DNA of 64,000 bases from Hallerella sp. (GTDB taxonomy: Bacteria > Bacillota_I > Bacilli_A > RFN20 > CAG-826). Of the stretch, positions 60,805 to 64,000 are shown in pieces. Position numbers and translations under genes: made by a program. The stretch is from the NCBI GenBank assembly GCA_963648925.1, contig CAVJFO010000015.1, positions 39,383 to 103,382 on the forward strand, read 5' to 3'. The notes under the pieces were generated by a model. That model searched no databases and had not been told where the DNA came from. It saw only the letters and a program-made list of their open reading frames with translations. Positions within the stretch are counted from its first letter, which is position 1, and each line of letters starts with the position of its first letter.

Positions 60805-61829
60805 GCTTAGCACATATATTTTTAATCATTGGTGCGGTTGTTCTAGGCCTATTTATTCTTGGAACGATGGTCTATGCAAACTTCCGCAAAGTGCCAGAAG
60901 GTGCTACTAGAGACCTTAGAAACGTTGGTGATTTCTTCGTTAATTCTAAACGCTTTGTCTTTGGTAAGAGAGGTGCACAACATTATGAGACGACCACTGA
61001 AGCAATGTTCTCTTCTCCTCATAAATGGATATTAGATGTAATTCTCGTGATTGTTTTTGCCACTATCGTTCTTTTTATGAACGCTGATTTAAATCTCCTT
61101 AAGTGGGGAAGCAGTGGTTTATATTTCAACGCGCCACTTGCTGCATCTGGAAAAACGATTTGGGAAAACCTTGGGCTTTTATTTAATGTTGAGTGGGGGT
61201 ATTTCTTTGGATTTGGCGGATACAGCTTCGGAGAAAGCGTCATCTTCAAACTCTTCCAAACATTCGCTATCGCCTATGTTGGAACCTTAATTGCTGCAAT
61301 TCTTGGAATTCCTTTTGGTTTACTTGCTTCGCACCATTTATTCAAAAAGAAAGCGTATATATCTGAAGTAATCTTAATTTTGATTAGAACAATGCCTGAA
61401 ATCCTTCTTGCTTTGATGATGGTTAATTTCACTGGCATGAGTGCTTTAACCGGTGTTATCGCCTTAGCAATTCACTCGATTGGTATGATTGGAAAACTAT
61501 ACGCCGAAGAGATTGATGAACTTGATATGCAACCTCTTGAAGCAATCGCGGCATCTGGTGGCAACATGTTCCAAAAAGTTCATTTAGGCGTTATGCCAAA
61601 TTTCCGCCCAGCTTTATTGAGTGTCGCTCTTTATAGATTTGATATCAACTTACGTACGACAACAATTATTGGCGTTGTCGTTGGCTCTGGATGCGGTATT
61701 GGCTTTGCTTTAAGCACAGACGCATCAATCAATAACTGGAACAGACTTGGCGCAGATATCCTTGGCGTTGTCCTCTTTATTGTCTTGCTTGATATCATAT
61801 CTAGCTGGCTCAGAAAGAAACTTGTCTAA
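60801..61829 (+). CDS. PhnE-type ABC permease 2
   Basis: Paralogous permease overlapping the previous gene by 4 nt. Confidence 0.8.
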   Translation: MSLAHIFLIIGAVVLGLFILGTMVYANFRKVPEGATRDLRNVGDFFVNSKRFVFGKRGAQHYETTTEAMFSSPHKWILDVILVIVFATIVLFMNADLNLLKWGSSGLYFNAPLAASGKTIWENLGLLFNVEWGYFFGFGGYSFGESVIFKLFQTFAIAYVGTLIAAILGIPFGLLASHHLFKKKAYISEVILILIRTMPEILLALMMVNFTGMSALTGVIALAIHSIGMIGKLYAEEIDELDMQPLEAIAASGGNMFQKVHLGVMPNFRPALLSVALYRFDINLRTTTIIGVVVGSGCGIGFALSTDASINNWNRLGADILGVVLFIVLLDIISSWLRKKLV

Positions 61830-62305
61830 TGAAAAACCTTATTCTTATGGCAGGTATTCCTGGCTCAGGTAAATCAACTTGGTGCAAGGAATATCAAAGA
61901 ACACATGAAAACGTCTTTATCATTGATACAGATGAAACAAGAAAACAAATCACTGGTTCATATTTAATTTTCCCACCACATATGGAAACTATCTATGATG
62001 AGATGATTCGCCAAAGTAATGAGATTTTTGCTAAATACAAAAATTGCACTGTTATTGAAGATTCTATTTTCTTAGAAGACTATCGAAGAAGATATTACAT
62101 GGAAAGATTAAAAGGCTATGACCATTCTTTACTTTTTATGATTAAGATGCATGATTATTCAATTTGCTATAAACAAAACAAAATGCGAATCAAAGATAAA
62201 TGGGTTCCGGATGAAGTGATTGACAATATGATTAAGATATATGTCGATCCAACAGATGAAATAGCGGCTCTCTTTGATGAGATAAAAGTTGAGTATTGGA
62301 ATTAA
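61829..62305 (+). CDS. small P-loop kinase/NTPase (AAA_33-like), function unknown
   Basis: Walker A GIPGSGKST at residues 9-17, 158 aa. The ATG overlaps the permease stop (TAATG). Confidence 0.7.
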   Translation: MKNLILMAGIPGSGKSTWCKEYQRTHENVFIIDTDETRKQITGSYLIFPPHMETIYDEMIRQSNEIFAKYKNCTVIEDSIFLEDYRRRYYMERLKGYDHSLLFMIKMHDYSICYKQNKMRIKDKWVPDEVIDNMIKIYVDPTDEIAALFDEIKVEYWN

Positions 62306-62335
62306 AAAATAAGGGCTTTTTACAGCCCTTTTTTC
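62304..62335. terminator. bidirectional intrinsic terminator
   Basis: AAGGGCT (62311-62317) pairs with AGCCCTT (62324-62330), flanked by an A-run and a T-run. Confidence 0.75.
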
Positions 62336-62345
62336 GATTTTTAAC

Positions 62346-62502
62346 CCAGAGGGAAGAATAAGTTTCCTCGTGTTAATGAGGTGGTCTCCATGGTCAGCCT
62401 TTAGGATTCCTGATTCTACAAATGTAGTCAGGCTTTCAACACCAGCGTCTCCCGTCAGGATACCTATAAATAAAGTTGTAGGGCAACAATGATTCCCTCT
62501 GG
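62346..62502. ncRNA. unclassified structured RNA candidate (~157 nt multi-stem element)
   Basis: A 10-bp closing helix pairs CCAGAGGGAA (62346-62355) with TTCCCTCTGG (62493-62502). Inside are hairpins at 62366-62381 (CCTCGT/ATGAGG, GTTA loop) and 62409-62432 (CCTGA..CTACA/TGTAGTCAGG), plus a short hairpin (TTGT/ACAA) around 62477-62489. There is no ORF. It is flanked by a terminator usable on both strands and, on the minus strand, by TATAAT (62530-62525). Confidence 0.5.
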
Positions 62503-62545
62503 CTGCTAGTTACCTAGCAAACTTATTATATAGAAAAACAAATAA

Positions 62546-63127
62546 TTAGTGAAGAATGCCTTCTAATAATATTTTCAAGCCAACGCCAAGGAAGACAATC
62601 GCAGCAATAAGTCCCGCCCATTTTTCTAAATACTTGGCGAGTTGTTTTGCTAATAAGGCCGTTCCAAAAGTTAAAATGAAGGTGACGCAGCCAATTACGG
62701 TAAACACTATTAAAGCATCTCCAATAGAGAGTTCTAGATAAACAAATCCTATGCATAAGGCATCAATTGCCGTAGCAACGTCTTGCCAAAGAACTTCTAA
62801 TAAGCCAATTTTCTTAGTCTCTAATGGCTCGTCGTCTTTCTTTGTGAAATCCTTTAGCCATTCTATAAACGACTTGATCGCTAATGCCGTTAATAAAGCA
62901 AATGCAATCCATGGTATGTATTTTTCAAGTTTCTCCTTAAATGCGTACCCAGCAAAATAACCAATACACGGCATGATAAACTGGAACACACCGAAGCTTA
63001 GAGAAATCAAAATCATTTTCCAAATAGGCATGTTTTTCTCTTTAAGCCCATTTGTCGCACTTACCGTCATCGCATCAATCGACATTGAGACTGATGTTAA
63101 CAAAGTATTTATCCAATCAATTGCCAT
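62546..63127 (-). CDS. mntP: manganese efflux pump MntP
   Basis: Six-TM protein with the duplicated DUF204 pattern (SMSIDAMTVS / ATAIDALCIG). Confidence 0.8.
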   Translation of the reverse strand: MAIDWINTLLTSVSMSIDAMTVSATNGLKEKNMPIWKMILISLSFGVFQFIMPCIGYFAGYAFKEKLEKYIPWIAFALLTALAIKSFIEWLKDFTKKDDEPLETKKIGLLEVLWQDVATAIDALCIGFVYLELSIGDALIVFTVIGCVTFILTFGTALLAKQLAKYLEKWAGLIAAIVFLGVGLKILLEGILH

Positions 63128-63270
63128 AACGTAGAAGATTATATGCGCGTCATTCTTGGTTGGTGTATGCTAACTTCACTCTTTAAAAATAGATGTCTTA
63201 CAAATGTAATAATTCTTTAATTTTTCAATAGAAAACTTCATAATTATTTTATTGTAACGAGGCAAGAAAA

Positions 63271-63975
63271 ATGAATGAAATTAAAGTAGAAAATCTCACC
63301 AAAACATACAATGCAGGCCTCGAAAATGAAGTTCACGCTCTTAATGGCGTTTCCTTTAATCTCGAAGAAGGAACGTTTGCTATAATTCTTGGCGCTTCAG
63401 GTGCAGGCAAATCAACGTTGCTTAACATTCTTGGAGCAATGGATAACGCCACTTCTGGGTCTTACTTAATCGGTGAAGAGGACGTGGCCAAATACGATTT
63501 TAAGAAACTTTCTAAATTCAGGAGAGAAGACATAGGATTCGTTTTTCAATTCTATAATCTTATGCCCAATTTAACAGCTTTAGAGAATGTTCAATTAGCG
63601 GCATCAGTCGCAAAAGACCCATTCGATTCAGAAAAGATTTTGGATGAAGTAGGACTTAGCAAAAGGAAATTTAATTTTCCTTCTCAATTATCAGGCGGAG
63701 AACAACAACGCGTTGCCATAGCTCGCGCTATCGTTAAGAACCCTCGTTTGCTTTTATGCGACGAGCCAACTGGTGCTCTTGACTCAAAAACTGGCGCTCA
63801 AATTCTTAAAATACTCTATGACGTATCCGTTAATTACAAAAAAACGGTTATCATCGTTACTCATAACTCTAAGATTGCTGAATGTGCTAAACGCGTAATT
63901 CGTATTTCCGATGGAAAGATTCTTTCCGATGAGGAAAACAAAAATCCAATAAGCCCAGAGGAAGTAGACTGGTAA
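63271..63975 (+). CDS. ABC transporter ATP-binding protein (MacB/LolD/FtsE-like)
   Basis: Walker [10 protein letters not shown], signature LSGGEQQRV and Walker [13 protein letters not shown]. Confidence 0.88.
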   Translation: MNEIKVENLTKTYNAGLENEVHALNGVSFNLEEGTFAIILGASGAGKSTLLNILGAMDNATSGSYLIGEEDVAKYDFKKLSKFRREDIGFVFQFYNLMPNLTALENVQLAASVAKDPFDSEKILDEVGLSKRKFNFPSQLSGGEQQRVAIARAIVKNPRLLLCDEPTGALDSKTGAQILKILYDVSVNYKKTVIIVTHNSKIAECAKRVIRISDGKILSDEENKNPISPEEVDW

Positions 63976-64000
63976 TGAATAAGAAATCAACTATTGGCTT
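63975..64000 (+). CDS. probable FtsX-type permease, first codons only (runs out of the window)
   Basis: The ATG overlaps the ATPase stop (TAATG). Only 8 codons are visible (MNKKSTIG). Confidence 0.3.

Noticed and set aside
62346-62502. TPP riboswitch (ACCAGCGT, CCTGAT-like strings) or cobalamin riboswitch (GGAGACC, GGTG..AA..CC strings) at the mntP 3' element
   Set aside because: The TPP core CUGAGA and the cobalamin GCCACUG/B12-box context are absent. There is also no downstream gene on either strand for a riboswitch to control.

Overview
This is a low-GC, gene-dense bacterial chromosome segment that looks Bacillota/Mollicutes-related. It uses the standard genetic code: UGA is a stop, shown by a classical RF2 CTT-TGA-C +1 frameshift site in prfB. 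Most of the window is housekeeping. It carries eno, ung, the tsaE-tsaB-rimI-tsaD block, asnS, pcrA-ligA, comFA-comFC-secA-prfB, uvrB, secG, folD, nrdDG, a T-box-controlled metNIQ operon and one tRNA-Ala(CGC). Accessory metabolism and transport genes include a GH2 beta-galactosidase, a GH43 hydrolase, an endonuclease-I lipoprotein, PepO and M29 peptidases, a PhnCDE/p37-like ABC importer, MntP and two MacB/FtsX-type ABC systems. I saw no CRISPR array, transposase, integrase or recognisable defence system. Eight things deserve a second look. (1) A recurrent ~35-nt element (AAAAATCCCCTGCAAAACCCC on the sense strand) lies between stop codons and intrinsic terminators of unrelated genes and is also embedded in a Q/N/P-rich coding tail. 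(2) A second 19-nt motif family (AAAAKARGGSRTGCGTGTA) has seven copies, including exact 19-20-mers shared by unrelated loci. (3) A promoter, ~150-nt structured leader and terminator sit upstream of lacZ and match no riboswitch class I recognise. (4) A ~160-nt multi-stem RNA-like element lies in the mntP 3' region. (5) A two-subunit aconitase-X (DUF521/DUF126) dehydratase is operonic with an OYE/FadH-type enoate reductase. (6) An ArsD-fold protein lacks the ArsD cysteines but carries a CCCG/HHHH-rich acidic tail. (7) There is a three-gene membrane-protein operon of unknown function. (8) A P-loop kinase is translationally coupled to the p37-like importer. All calls come from reading the sequence and ORF translations by eye. 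No database or covariance-model search was run.
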